64,000 bases of DNA. Source: an uncultured Spirochaetota bacterium. GTDB lineage: Bacteria > Spirochaetota > B62-G9 > DRHN01. Location: positions 64,904-128,903 of the forward strand of contig CAYSRJ010000003.1 of the NCBI GenBank assembly GCA_964433545.1, written 5' to 3'. Shown in pieces: positions 46,374 to 56,010 of this stretch. The position numbers were made by a program, and so were the translations under genes. Every line of letters begins with the position of its first letter. Position 1 is the stretch's first letter. The notes under the pieces were generated by a model. It was given only the letters and a program-made list of their open reading frames with translations. It ran no database searches and was not told the DNA's origin.

Positions 46374-47870
46374 TTATCTGTGATGTATCACTCGATATAG
46401 CTGTTCACCGATACGTTCCTGAGAGTACACCCGTTCTACCACCTCCTTGTTTACCTGTACCAGCGCTTCCCGGCGCTCCTGGTCGAAGAGCCGCAGGGTT
46501 GCAAGCACACTCGTTTCATTGCGGTCGATGAAACCCTTTACGTATCCAGGATTTTTGAGCTTAAGCACCTTCTTCAGTCGTTCCTGCAGGCCCAAATCCG
46601 GATCTTTTTCGGCATTTCCAATATCCTTGTAATCCTTACCGTCAACAATCAATGCATTGTAGAGATGACCAAGCTTCATGCCCGCAGCCTGAAAGTCGGG
46701 TGTTGTGTAGGGAATGCTTCTGCCGATAACGGCCCTGTCCAGCAGCCAGGGTTCTATATAGGAGAATCCGAATCCCTCCAGAACACTCGTGGTGATGACA
46801 AGGTCTGAAGCGCTGTAAAGATCACCTATACTGTAACTGACTATTTTCGAGCTGTCCACCGGATCATACTCGCGTTCAAGTGAGATGAGGTCTCCGAGGC
46901 CGATAGTCACGGGCAACCCATGTTTCTGTACGAATCCAACGAGCTGGTCTGCATACACAGCGTCGTCACCCGATCCCGGTTTGATGCTCACGAGCAGGTG
47001 AGAGGGTTCCTTCAACCTGCAGTTGTCCCGCACCCCGGTATTATCGACGAGGCGGTTGAAAAAATTGATGAGGAATATCGCCTCTTCCACATTCTTCCGG
47101 CGCACACAGCGCACAGGATAAAGGAGAAATCGAATGTCGGGGCTCAGGCCTTCCCTGGTGATAATTTTTTCACGAAGCTCTTTTCTGCGGTCATCGGGAG
47201 GCACGATTGTCCTGTCAACCGGATTGGGGACATAGTATATGTTTTCCTCTTCAATGCCGTGCTCAAGAAGCCGCATTCGATCATAGCGGTTTATAGCGAT
47301 GTACGTAATACTTGGGTACGCAGGATAGAGAATGCTGTGCCAGTCAGGCACCACCCCGAACCTAGGGTGATGAAACTTCTTTACATTCCTGAAGAATGCA
47401 GGGCGCTGCTGTACAAAGTCATGACATCGGTAGATAAACCTCTTGCCCATCCCCCTGGTATATGCATACTGCGTATACAGGTAGAATGCATAGGTGATAT
47501 AGGGCTGTATACCGATCCCCAGGTTTTCAATCATGATGATATCCATATCGGCAAGTTTGTCCACCAGCACCTCGGCCAGATTGGTGCCCATCCATACGTA
47601 ATCCTGCACCTGCTGATCGAAAACCGTTTTACCACTAAGCCTGCCGGCAGCCTCCTCAGCGTTGAACTCGTCAATATTTCGAAAATCCACGTTCGGAGGC
47701 AGGGGCTTTATGAAATCCTCATAATCAGGGGCCAGCTTGCCAAAGAGCGTAATTCTCATGTCGGGATCGATAACACTCAGGGCGCGTACATTCCGTGCAA
47801 TCACCGTGTTTACGCCATCTCTGAATCCGATGCCGTAGTGGCCGATCCCGAGGTGCAGCTTTTTTTTCAT
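46374..47870 (-). CDS. GT-B glycosyltransferase, GT4-like (498 aa)
   Basis: C-terminal retaining GT4 E-x7-E type motif (VLEGFGFSYIEPWLLDRAVIG). Last gene of the operon. Confidence 0.6.
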   Translation of the reverse strand: MKKKLHLGIGHYGIGFRDGVNTVIARNVRALSVIDPDMRITLFGKLAPDYEDFIKPLPPNVDFRNIDEFNAEEAAGRLSGKTVFDQQVQDYVWMGTNLAEVLVDKLADMDIIMIENLGIGIQPYITYAFYLYTQYAYTRGMGKRFIYRCHDFVQQRPAFFRNVKKFHHPRFGVVPDWHSILYPAYPSITYIAINRYDRMRLLEHGIEEENIYYVPNPVDRTIVPPDDRRKELREKIITREGLSPDIRFLLYPVRCVRRKNVEEAIFLINFFNRLVDNTGVRDNCRLKEPSHLLVSIKPGSGDDAVYADQLVGFVQKHGLPVTIGLGDLISLEREYDPVDSSKIVSYSIGDLYSASDLVITTSVLEGFGFSYIEPWLLDRAVIGRSIPYTTPDFQAAGMKLGHLYNALIVDGKDYKDIGNAEKDPDLGLQERLKKVLKLKNPGYVKGFIDRNETSVLATLRLFDQERREALVQVNKEVVERVYSQERIGEQLYRVIHHR

Positions 47871-47899
47871 CCTCTCACCCCCTCGCTCATTCCCTAATG

Positions 47900-49096
47900 T
47901 CAGGTTTGTTGTGTTTTCAGGAGGGCCCGATCCCTGAGACTGATAGGAACGGTTTTTTTATCGACCATCACCTTCCTGTACAGTTTTATATGTTTCTGTG
48001 CTGTAATGTTCCATCCGATAGATTCACGGACATACCTGATCGCCCGTTTACTGTACTCAGCCTTAAGATCGTCGTCTTCCATGATGTTGATAATTGCTCG
48101 CTTTAATTCTGTGTCATTACCAGGCGGCACCGCTAATCCTGCACCGCTCGCCTCTACTTCTGCTTTGAGTCCCGCGATTCCGGAAGCTACAACAGGAACG
48201 CCGAGAGAAAAGGAGTGGGCAAGATTTCCACTCTGTGAGGCAAAGGTATACGGCATAACCATTGCGTCAAAGGAGGTGAGAATCCGCTCATACTCCTCGG
48301 GTGAAAAACTTCCCAGCAGCACCTTGATACTGTTCTTTGCAGCACTCTTTTCGACAATGTCGAGGAGTTTTTTCTTGTACTCGATCTGTTGGGGATCTCC
48401 AAGCCGTGCATCACCTGCGAGCACCAGAACCGTTTCAGGGTCCAGATGGCCGAACACCTCATCCCACATAGACAGCACCCGGTGAAATCCCTTTGTGGGA
48501 GTGAACCAGCCGAGCATACCGAGCACTTTCTTGCCCCTCAGACCGAGCGCATCCTTCGCTTTACCCCTGGAAATGGATTTTCGTACTGATGCACCGTGAG
48601 GTATGACATACATATTATCCACGATGCGGCCCAGGTTTGTGTGGAGATAGGCCCACTGGTAGACTGCATGCACGATCCCCGCATCTACAAGCTTTTGCAT
48701 CGTATCCATGTATGTGCTGATCATGAAGCTCAGCTCTGTGTACACGGAATGGTAGGTTACAACCACGGGAGGCTTGCCCTCGGCTTTCCACCGAAACAAT
48801 GGTCTGAAGAGGCCGCTCGCATTATCCCCGCCGGTGCGGTAGAGTCCGAACTCATGCTGAATATGCACGACATCAGGCCGTATGCTCTTAACTACCTCGT
48901 ACACAGACTCATCCCAGCCGTGATGATCGGTATCGATTACCGGATATACATTTTTTTCTCCCGGAGCTCCGCCATCCGGATGACAGATAATAGAGACCTC
49001 ATTGCCCTCGCGCTGTATCGCGTCGACCAGCTCTTTTGAGTAGGTTGCTATGCCGCAGTGCCGCGGAGGCCAGCTCGACAACCATGCAATCTTCAT
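47900..49096 (-). CDS. glycosyltransferase family 4 (glycosyl transferase group 1)
   Basis: MKIAWLSSWPPRHCGIATYS N-terminus; C-terminal GT4 domain (VVASGIAGLKAEVEASGAGLAVPPGN). GAGGAGAG SD. Confidence 0.8.
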   Translation of the reverse strand: MKIAWLSSWPPRHCGIATYSKELVDAIQREGNEVSIICHPDGGAPGEKNVYPVIDTDHHGWDESVYEVVKSIRPDVVHIQHEFGLYRTGGDNASGLFRPLFRWKAEGKPPVVVTYHSVYTELSFMISTYMDTMQKLVDAGIVHAVYQWAYLHTNLGRIVDNMYVIPHGASVRKSISRGKAKDALGLRGKKVLGMLGWFTPTKGFHRVLSMWDEVFGHLDPETVLVLAGDARLGDPQQIEYKKKLLDIVEKSAAKNSIKVLLGSFSPEEYERILTSFDAMVMPYTFASQSGNLAHSFSLGVPVVASGIAGLKAEVEASGAGLAVPPGNDTELKRAIINIMEDDDLKAEYSKRAIRYVRESIGWNITAQKHIKLYRKVMVDKKTVPISLRDRALLKTQQT

Positions 49097-49133
49097 AATA
49101 GTCTCTCCTCAGATATTGATAAACTCATTGTTA

Positions 49134-50207
49134 TTACAAAAATTCTTGCGGTTCGCATCCCAGACCCGGCCGGTCTCCCGCATAAAGCACTCCGTCTCTC
49201 AGAATGAGAGATCCTTTTGTCGGGTCACCCTGGAGTCCCATGAATCCATCCAGATCCGCATAGAGCACATTTGACCGCGCAAGGGCAAAGTGGAGGCCGG
49301 CGGCTATTGCAAGCTCACACTCATCCATACAGCCAACCATCACCTCGAGACCGGCCGATCGAGCCACGGCGTTTATCATAAGTGCTTCATAAATTCCCCC
49401 GGCTTTCATTATCTTGATGTTCACCATATCAACAAGCTCTCCGCGAGCAAGGCGGAATGCATCCCTGAGCGACAAGATGCTCTCATCCGCCATAATGGGA
49501 ATAGCCGCCTCATGCGTTACTGCCCCAAGCAGGGGAAGCTCATCTCTGGGTGTCGGCTGCTCTAAAAGTTCGATACGGGTGCATTCTGTTTCTCGTATGA
49601 ACCGCATTGCCTGTTCCTTTGAATAACCCTGGTTGGCATCGAACCGGAGCTCCAGTTCATCGCCTGCTTTTTTCCGCACCCGCAGGATACGCTCGATATC
49701 CTCTTCCACGTTCAGGCCGCCCTTTAGCTTAACCGCTGTAAACCCGCTTCTCATATATGAGAGTACCCGCTCAACGGTTCTGTCAACCGGGAGTATACCC
49801 ACGGTGATGCTGGTTTTTATGCACGGCCGGTATCCACCGAGCAGCTTCCAGAGCGGAAGGCCGCATACTTTCCCCAGTATGTCGTGCAGGGCCATATCGA
49901 CACATGCTTCTGATGAAGGATGTCTTTTGAGATGAGGCCTGAGTTCCTCAAGCAGCAGAGCTATGCGAAGCGGGTCTCGCCCTCGCAGAGCAGAATCGAT
50001 CGTATCACGCACATCCTGCATAACCGTATCTGCCGTTTCTCCTGTAACCGCCCGGTCAGGAGCGGCGCAGCCGTAGCCAACGATACCCCCATCCGTTTCC
50101 ACGCGTAGAAACACGTTCACCGCTGTTTCAACCCGTTCATACGCAATAGAGTAGGGTTCCTTGAGGGATAAGGAAAGTGGATGTGCCTCGATTGTTCGTA
50201 TCTTCAT
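49134..50207 (-). CDS. enolase-superfamily MR/MLE member, dipeptide (L-Ala-D/L-Glu) epimerase or N-acyl-amino-acid racemase subgroup
   Basis: Catalytic KxK (AVKLKGG), D (RFDANQG), E (LLEQP), D (MADES), and second K (NIKIMKAGG). Confidence 0.85.
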   Translation of the reverse strand: MKIRTIEAHPLSLSLKEPYSIAYERVETAVNVFLRVETDGGIVGYGCAAPDRAVTGETADTVMQDVRDTIDSALRGRDPLRIALLLEELRPHLKRHPSSEACVDMALHDILGKVCGLPLWKLLGGYRPCIKTSITVGILPVDRTVERVLSYMRSGFTAVKLKGGLNVEEDIERILRVRKKAGDELELRFDANQGYSKEQAMRFIRETECTRIELLEQPTPRDELPLLGAVTHEAAIPIMADESILSLRDAFRLARGELVDMVNIKIMKAGGIYEALMINAVARSAGLEVMVGCMDECELAIAAGLHFALARSNVLYADLDGFMGLQGDPTKGSLILRDGVLYAGDRPGLGCEPQEFL

Positions 50208-50209
50208 TT

Positions 50210-51010
50210 TCAGTACCGTTTCTCGTGTATCTCATCCATGTTGAGATGCCTTAAATCATCCACGAAACGAACAAGATGTTCAATCATGATATGCCACAGC
50301 CGTTCACCCTTTTCACGAGTTGCTTTCGTTGGGTCTCCCAGAATTCCACTCCGTGAAATCTTCTCTGTCTGCGTATACCACTCAACGCTTCTGCTCGTAC
50401 TGAAGTTGAGATACCTGCTCGAAAATCTGGGGATTGATTTCTTTGCCTTTTTCATATCGACCAATTCGGGTCTTACTGCCAGAGCAGTGCTTGTCTCCAT
50501 TTCTCCGGCATGAGCGTCGTTTGGGGTTTCGATAATTTTCTGCACATCCACGTCACTCGTCTCACCGGTATCGACACAGGCGAAGATGCGGGCTTCACGG
50601 TTTATCATCTGGGCCGCATTCTGTAACGCAGGACCATTACCCCCGTGACCATTGATGATCACCAGCTTACGTACACCGTGACGCACTATACTCATACCTA
50701 TCTCATACACCAGCCTGGTGAGAGTCTCATTGCTGAGGCTGATAGTACCACTGAACCCCATGTGATGGTAAGATACACCATAGGGGACCGCCGGGAGCAC
50801 GATGGGTTTCGGTTCGCTCAGTGCCTCTGCAACTGCTCTGGCAAGATACTCCGCATCGAATGCATCGGTGTCCAGGGGTAGATGAGGGCCGTGCTGCTCG
50901 GTGGAGCCTACGGGAAGAAGCGCGATATCGATATCGGAGAAGCGCTGTTTTGCCTCAACCCAGGTAAGTTCCCCAAGCAAGATACCAGATTTCCCTTTCT
51001 TCACATCCAT
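50210..51010 (-). CDS. creatininase-family metal-dependent amidohydrolase (paralogue 2)
   Basis: GELTWVEAKQRF ... ALLPVGSTEQHGPHLPLDTD signature. The start is taken at the ATG 6 nt after AAAAGGAGA; an earlier ATG at 51031 overlaps the upstream stop. Confidence 0.8.
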   Translation of the reverse strand: MDVKKGKSGILLGELTWVEAKQRFSDIDIALLPVGSTEQHGPHLPLDTDAFDAEYLARAVAEALSEPKPIVLPAVPYGVSYHHMGFSGTISLSNETLTRLVYEIGMSIVRHGVRKLVIINGHGGNGPALQNAAQMINREARIFACVDTGETSDVDVQKIIETPNDAHAGEMETSTALAVRPELVDMKKAKKSIPRFSSRYLNFSTSRSVEWYTQTEKISRSGILGDPTKATREKGERLWHIMIEHLVRFVDDLRHLNMDEIHEKRY

Positions 51011-51027
51011 CGACATTCTCCTTTTTA

Positions 51028-53595
51028 TCATACCGAAAGTGGATCAAAACTCCGCCACTGGACATTTTCTCTTCTGAGCGCTCCCCGGGCATGCTGGAGA
51101 TAGATGCGAAACAGTGGTCCTCGTATTTTGGGAGGTATGGTTTCAAAAGGTGAGTGCTCGGCGTCGAAACGAAGGCTCTCCACCTCAGGATGAGGCGTTG
51201 CCCCTCCAGAAAGCATCCCCTTCTCACTGAGCAGGTAGAGAACATGATCCATAACAGAAGACTCCTGATGCAGGTGCATGCAGGGCAATTCTCCAATACA
51301 CGCTGCCACCTGTTTTTCCGTATAGCCGCAGAGGGACGGATCTGCGTCCACTGCTTTTAACATCCCTATAATGCGTTGACACTTTTCACACTTCCCGCAT
51401 GGTCGAGTACGATTCTGTTCTATCGAAGCAGCATGACAGGATACTTGATTGCGCTGCAATTGGGGGTACCGCTCCACAAGTATCTTTTGTACCATCAACT
51501 CGGAAAGTGGCCGAAGAATGGAAAACTGCTCGATACCGTATCCCTTGGCGTTGAAGTAGTTGCTCAGCGTAAGGTCGAAGTATCGACTCTGATCGTAAAG
51601 GCCGTCGTAATGCGGGATTCCTTGCAAGAAGCAGCGTCGTGTTGTATCGTATTCGTCACCAATAAGCAGAAGCCCAATGCCACGTTTCCTGAGCACAGGA
51701 AGCGCGCCGAATAGAAACACGGCTACAGTCCAGAGCCGTATCGGATAGTCATCAGCCCGTATATCAAGAAAATTCTGTCTGATAAAGGGAAAATGTTCGA
51801 GCATCCAGGAAAAAACACGGTCAGAGTTGGTCCACACCCTGGCGGTTCGCTGAATCCCGGACCTGAATGCACGGTAGCTGTTCAGTGCCGTGTACCAGTG
51901 TCTTCCTGATTCGTTGATAAACACCGGATGAGCCTCTATACAGATCTCATCCATAAGCCCGAAACTCAGGAGGCTCTCCTTTCCCCCGCTGGTCAGTACG
52001 GCACAGCGGTTTCGATCGGTATCCCAGCACTGTAACGATTCGGGCTGTAGATCGGGAAATAAAAGCTCGGCCTGCACATAGGATGGCCTTTTCTCGATCT
52101 TCATGGGATGAAATCCGGCTATAAGAAACGGATTGTGCTCGAGAAACTTCTTCACATATATTTCCCTCGCCGTATTACGGAGCATGTAACTGAGAAATCG
52201 TCGATCGAACTCATCGTATACACCGTGCAGAACAATGCTCCGGCAGAAAAGACCGTAGTTGAGCGCAATCTGCACAGCTATCATAGACGCCAGGTTTGTT
52301 GATGCCGTGTCTTCAGGCTGAAACATCTCCTCTTCAAAGCGGTATATTAGATCGATGCTGTCGACCGCACCTCCCCTGTGAATCGAATAGGGGGCTATAA
52401 CGCGGTCCCGCTCTACACGAATTGGCCCCACCACGAGCGAGTCGATGATACGCAGGCTACTGGTTTCTTCGCCCCAGGATTTTCGTTCCTTCTGCTTCTT
52501 GCGGTACTTCCTGTTCACCTCGGGTTTGTATCGAACGAGATGCGCTGCAACTTCATCCGCCCCCGAAATGAGTACGTCGGCAACAGGAAGGCCCGTCTCT
52601 TTTGAAATACGACTGCAAACGTGCCTTATTTCTTCCGGTTTCAGACCTTCATGGTTCAGGGTGACAGCACCGACCGGTCTTCCCGAAACGATTTCCAGTG
52701 CCTTTATCTGCAGGCCGAGCGGATGTAGCGCATATCCGGGAAACCCGTCGTACTCCTTCCGCGAAGGCGCATGCTGAAGCACGATAACATCGGGACGTCC
52801 TGCTGTAAGTATCTCCATTCCGCCCGGGTAGGCCGGATTCAGGAAGCTTCCCTGCCCTTCAATCAAAATCACATCTGGGTGGTTGTCGTGCCAGGCCTGC
52901 CAGACCGCATTCTCGATCTCGCCGGTCACGAAATCAACAATAAGGGAGTCGATGATGATGCTGTAGTGCGCCCCCTGCATCCATGCCGTCTGACCCGTAC
53001 CGACGAGCTCGACGCCGAGCCCCGCCTCCCGGAATGCATCGTACAGAATCCAGGCTGTTGTTCTCTTGCCGAGCGCAGAATCCGTTCCGAGTACCGCAAT
53101 CTTCAGTGATTTGACTTCCTCGATTTTTCCGCTGAAGAAGTGCATTTCCTCTCTGGGAGGAAGCTTCCGTATATCGCGTAACCTGACGTTGTGCCGAGCG
53201 GCAAGTTCTGCAAAAACCGGATCTTCGGATAGTAAATGGTGCAGACCGCTATCCACATGGAGCCCGAGACTGATTGCCCCTTTCACATCCTCCCGCGCTT
53301 TTTCGTTCAACCTCCCACCGTCCGGCGCAAGGCCCACAACAAAATGAGTGGCCTGCGTACCGGCTTCCTCAGCTGCCTTTACGGCAGCGGCCAGGTCTTC
53401 AAACACGGGAATACCCGTAGCTCTGCCGTCGAGCACCTCGCCCGCATCCCTTCCCGTATAACGGCTGTCGATTACGGAAAGAACGCGGTAGCGCTGGGTT
53501 CGGCGTACGAGACCGTGGGCCGTTTTGCCGTTCGTTGTCGCGAAGGCCCCCTCGCAGTACACGATTGCGTTGCCATCGGGCCAGTGATTCATCAT
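51028..53595 (-). CDS. two-domain fusion: N-terminal DUF1611 (DgcN-like) domain + C-terminal PP-loop ATP-pyrophosphatase (adenine-nucleotide alpha-hydrolase) domain with Cys4 zinc ribbon
   Basis: N-terminal region LKIAVLGTDSALGKRTTAWIL is the DUF1611 P-loop-like motif. C-terminal region AVLTSGGKESLLSFGL is a PP-loop SGGxDS variant. CGKCEKCQRI...C is a QueC-like zinc motif. GGGAGGAG SD. Confidence 0.65.
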   Translation of the reverse strand: MMNHWPDGNAIVYCEGAFATTNGKTAHGLVRRTQRYRVLSVIDSRYTGRDAGEVLDGRATGIPVFEDLAAAVKAAEEAGTQATHFVVGLAPDGGRLNEKAREDVKGAISLGLHVDSGLHHLLSEDPVFAELAARHNVRLRDIRKLPPREEMHFFSGKIEEVKSLKIAVLGTDSALGKRTTAWILYDAFREAGLGVELVGTGQTAWMQGAHYSIIIDSLIVDFVTGEIENAVWQAWHDNHPDVILIEGQGSFLNPAYPGGMEILTAGRPDVIVLQHAPSRKEYDGFPGYALHPLGLQIKALEIVSGRPVGAVTLNHEGLKPEEIRHVCSRISKETGLPVADVLISGADEVAAHLVRYKPEVNRKYRKKQKERKSWGEETSSLRIIDSLVVGPIRVERDRVIAPYSIHRGGAVDSIDLIYRFEEEMFQPEDTASTNLASMIAVQIALNYGLFCRSIVLHGVYDEFDRRFLSYMLRNTAREIYVKKFLEHNPFLIAGFHPMKIEKRPSYVQAELLFPDLQPESLQCWDTDRNRCAVLTSGGKESLLSFGLMDEICIEAHPVFINESGRHWYTALNSYRAFRSGIQRTARVWTNSDRVFSWMLEHFPFIRQNFLDIRADDYPIRLWTVAVFLFGALPVLRKRGIGLLLIGDEYDTTRRCFLQGIPHYDGLYDQSRYFDLTLSNYFNAKGYGIEQFSILRPLSELMVQKILVERYPQLQRNQVSCHAASIEQNRTRPCGKCEKCQRIIGMLKAVDADPSLCGYTEKQVAACIGELPCMHLHQESSVMDHVLYLLSEKGMLSGGATPHPEVESLRFDAEHSPFETIPPKIRGPLFRIYLQHARGALRRENVQWRSFDPLSV

Positions 53596-54703
53596 CTCCT
53601 CCCCGTGAGAATCACAACGTATCTGCCGGGCTCGAGGCTCCGCTCCCGATACCCATTCGCGAGAACGGCCAGTCCCGCGGTGGAGGCAGGAAGTACACTG
53701 AGCCCCTCCTGTTCGCGGACCATTCGCGAAAAGGACATCATACTTCTATCTGAGACATACCCGGCAAGCCCACCGGTTCTCCGAATGGCTTCCAGTGCAA
53801 GGTCACCGTCGATGGAGTGCCAGTTGATGAGCGGTTCGTTGATCTTTGTTTCCCGTATGTCCTCAGCAGAAAGATCCTCGCAGGACGGCAGGTTTTTCAG
53901 ATACGCCTGAACGATCGGATTTTTCCCGTACGAGGAACCGGCAATAAGTTTTGGAACATGGGACGTTTTTCCACGTCTGTACAGGCTGACGAAACCTTTG
54001 TACAGGCCTGCAAGGGTGGTCCCGTTGGACACCGGAACTGCAACGGCAGTCGGGGCGTCACGGAGCTCATCGTATATCTCATAGGCAATCTCGCCGTACG
54101 CACTGAGCTGTAGAGCGGTATTTTCACCCCCGGGATTTGCGTCGTAGATCTCTTTTTCCGCTGCGTACTCCTGTGAGAGCTGTACTGTCTGTTCATAGTC
54201 ACTTGGGGTCCTAATGATCTCGGCACCGAATTTCCTGATCTCATCGATACGTTTTGTCTGATAGTTTTTAGGTATGAATATGAAACACTTGAGCCCTGCC
54301 ATGTACGATGCAAGTGCGATAGCCACACCATAATTGCCGCAGGTAGCAACGGTCACTGCGTCGTATCCGCGCCTGAGTGCATCCATGCCCTGGGCAAAGG
54401 CGATACGATCCTTCTGTGTGCCTGTCGGGTTGCTCCCTTCGAACTTCATATAGATCTGTCGAAGCCCTATCTCCCGTTCACTGTTCCGGGTGCGGGTCAT
54501 GGTTGTGTCGCCCACCTGCGACTCGAATATATCCTCGTATGCCTCGAGGCGTTCTTCGACGGTGAACTCAGGAGAGGATGCAATCTGGATCTGCCTTTCC
54601 GTATCGATGAGTATATCAGGCGAGTCCGGAGTGGCACCGTCGATGAGAGAAAAATTTCTATTCGATGAAGGTGAGCTGTTCTGGTCTTCTGATTCATTCA
54701 TAT
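53592..54703 (-). CDS. PLP-dependent fold-type II enzyme, threonine-synthase-like
   Basis: FEGSNPTGTQKDRIAF (PLP-Lys motif related to NPTGSFKDRG) and a glycine-rich loop. The start is taken at MNESEDQ after GAGGAG; the track ORF begins further upstream at 54833. Confidence 0.75.
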
Positions 54704-55014
54704 TCGGCGGCTCCTCGTTACAATTAATAAAAACACCGAAAATGTACTGTATTGCCCCTATTCTCCCCTGCTCCGGAAAACAGGCACGTACTAAAAAGAT
54801 AGGCAAGTGCACTTTCAATCGTAAAAGGTTCAACCAATACTTGCCGAATGGTTTTTACCTTAATTTCCCAATGCTAAAAAAGCCATGGAAAAGAAAAAGA
54901 CCGTAATCTATTGTAAATTCTTGTACAAAATACCAGATTTTTAATGAAAAAACCATACATATAATTTACCATTGCGAGCAACTGAAACAGACCCATGATA
55001 ATCTTGTCAGTGAG

Positions 55015-55473
55015 ATGAAGAAAGAGATCGATAGCGGGGAAATCCAGATCAAGCAGGTCAAAGGCCGCCTGCAAATGACGATGGCGGAACGTCTGTTCTT
55101 CGAATCCGGCAAGGCTGAGATAAAGCCGGAGGGGCAGGCTGTGCTGCGTCGTGTCGGGCCAACCCTAAAAAAGATACCCGAGAAGAATATCAGGGTCGAG
55201 GGCCATACCGACAATGTGCCGATCGGACAGTCACTGCGTACGCAGTATTCCACTAACCGGGAGCTTGGAGCAGCACGGGCGGTCAATGTGGTGCGTTTTC
55301 TACAAAATGAGTCGAGTATCGATCCCCTCCGTCTGAGCGCAGTCTCCTACGGCCAGTACCGTCCCATCGCAACAAACAAGACCAAACAGGGACAGTCAAA
55401 AAACAGACGAATCGAGATCATACTGATCGACAGAGATCTGGACCTGGCGAAGAAGATGCGACAGTATCTCTAA
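55015..55473 (+). pseudogene. MotB/OmpA-like C-terminal peptidoglycan-binding domain; the gene lacks the N-terminal TM/linker part (5'-truncated remnant)
   Basis: LFFESGKAEIKPEG...VEGHTDNVPIG...NRELGAARAVNVVRFL...NRRIEIIL is a MotB/OmpA C-domain. The ORF starts directly inside the linker, and the upstream sequence is non-coding with an in-frame stop. Confidence 0.55.
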
Positions 55474-55636
55474 GATGCGTGTTTTCATAAACCAATTTGC
55501 ATTCTGTATGAAAGGTATTACAGTTTCGAAAGGTCCGCCAGTCTTCATTATTTAGGTTGTCATCGATACCAAGTTTCGATATACTTCTGTATCATACGTT
55601 GTGTAAGAGTTTCGTTTTATTGCAAAGGAGGAACGC
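55474..55636. repeat. diverged segmental duplicate (copy 1) of the promoter and first codons of the Omp85-like gene at 60035..61207
   Basis: The 24 bp gatgcgtgttttcataaaccaatt are identical to 61193-61216. On the minus strand this is ATGAAAACACGCATC, that is MKTRI, the start of the Omp85-like protein. The next roughly 110 bp are about 75% identical. Confidence 0.55.
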
Positions 55637-55882
55637 ATGAAATTCATCATTGGTATCATTATCGGCATTCTCGTTATCGTATTTATGGTGCAGAATGTAG
55701 AGGTTGTCGATATAAGCTTCCTTGCATGGACCATGCATCTACCCCGTGCAATCATGATAATGATTGTCTTCGTTCTTGGCATTGGCGTTGGATACATTGC
55801 ACGCGGTGTTCGCACCCGCAAGAAGGAGAAGAAGGAAGAGCTCGAAGACCTGAAAGAATCTGTAAAGGACGTACGGAAATAA
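55637..55882 (+). CDS. small inner-membrane protein, LapA/YciS (DUF1049)-like
   Basis: MKFIIGIIIGILVIVFMVQNVEVVDISFLAW...IMIMIVFVLGIGVGYI, then a charged tail. AAAGGAGG SD. Confidence 0.6.
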   Translation: MKFIIGIIIGILVIVFMVQNVEVVDISFLAWTMHLPRAIMIMIVFVLGIGVGYIARGVRTRKKEKKEELEDLKESVKDVRK

Positions 55883-56010
55883 CAACGAGTCCCTCTACAC
55901 CTGTATTATTCTGAATATCCTTTTTTTATATCTCCGGAAATACCGTATACTAAAAGCATCAATTAAAATACAGATAGAAATCATGCGCCATCATCTAAGG
56001 ATTCATACGT

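Noticed and set aside
55474-55565. minus-strand ORF MKTRILEILSHLLRQVQISVDQYDLDSSVF
   Set aside because: Not a gene. It is the duplicated first five codons of the Omp85-like gene running antisense into the motB-like fragment. Reported as a rearrangement scar instead.
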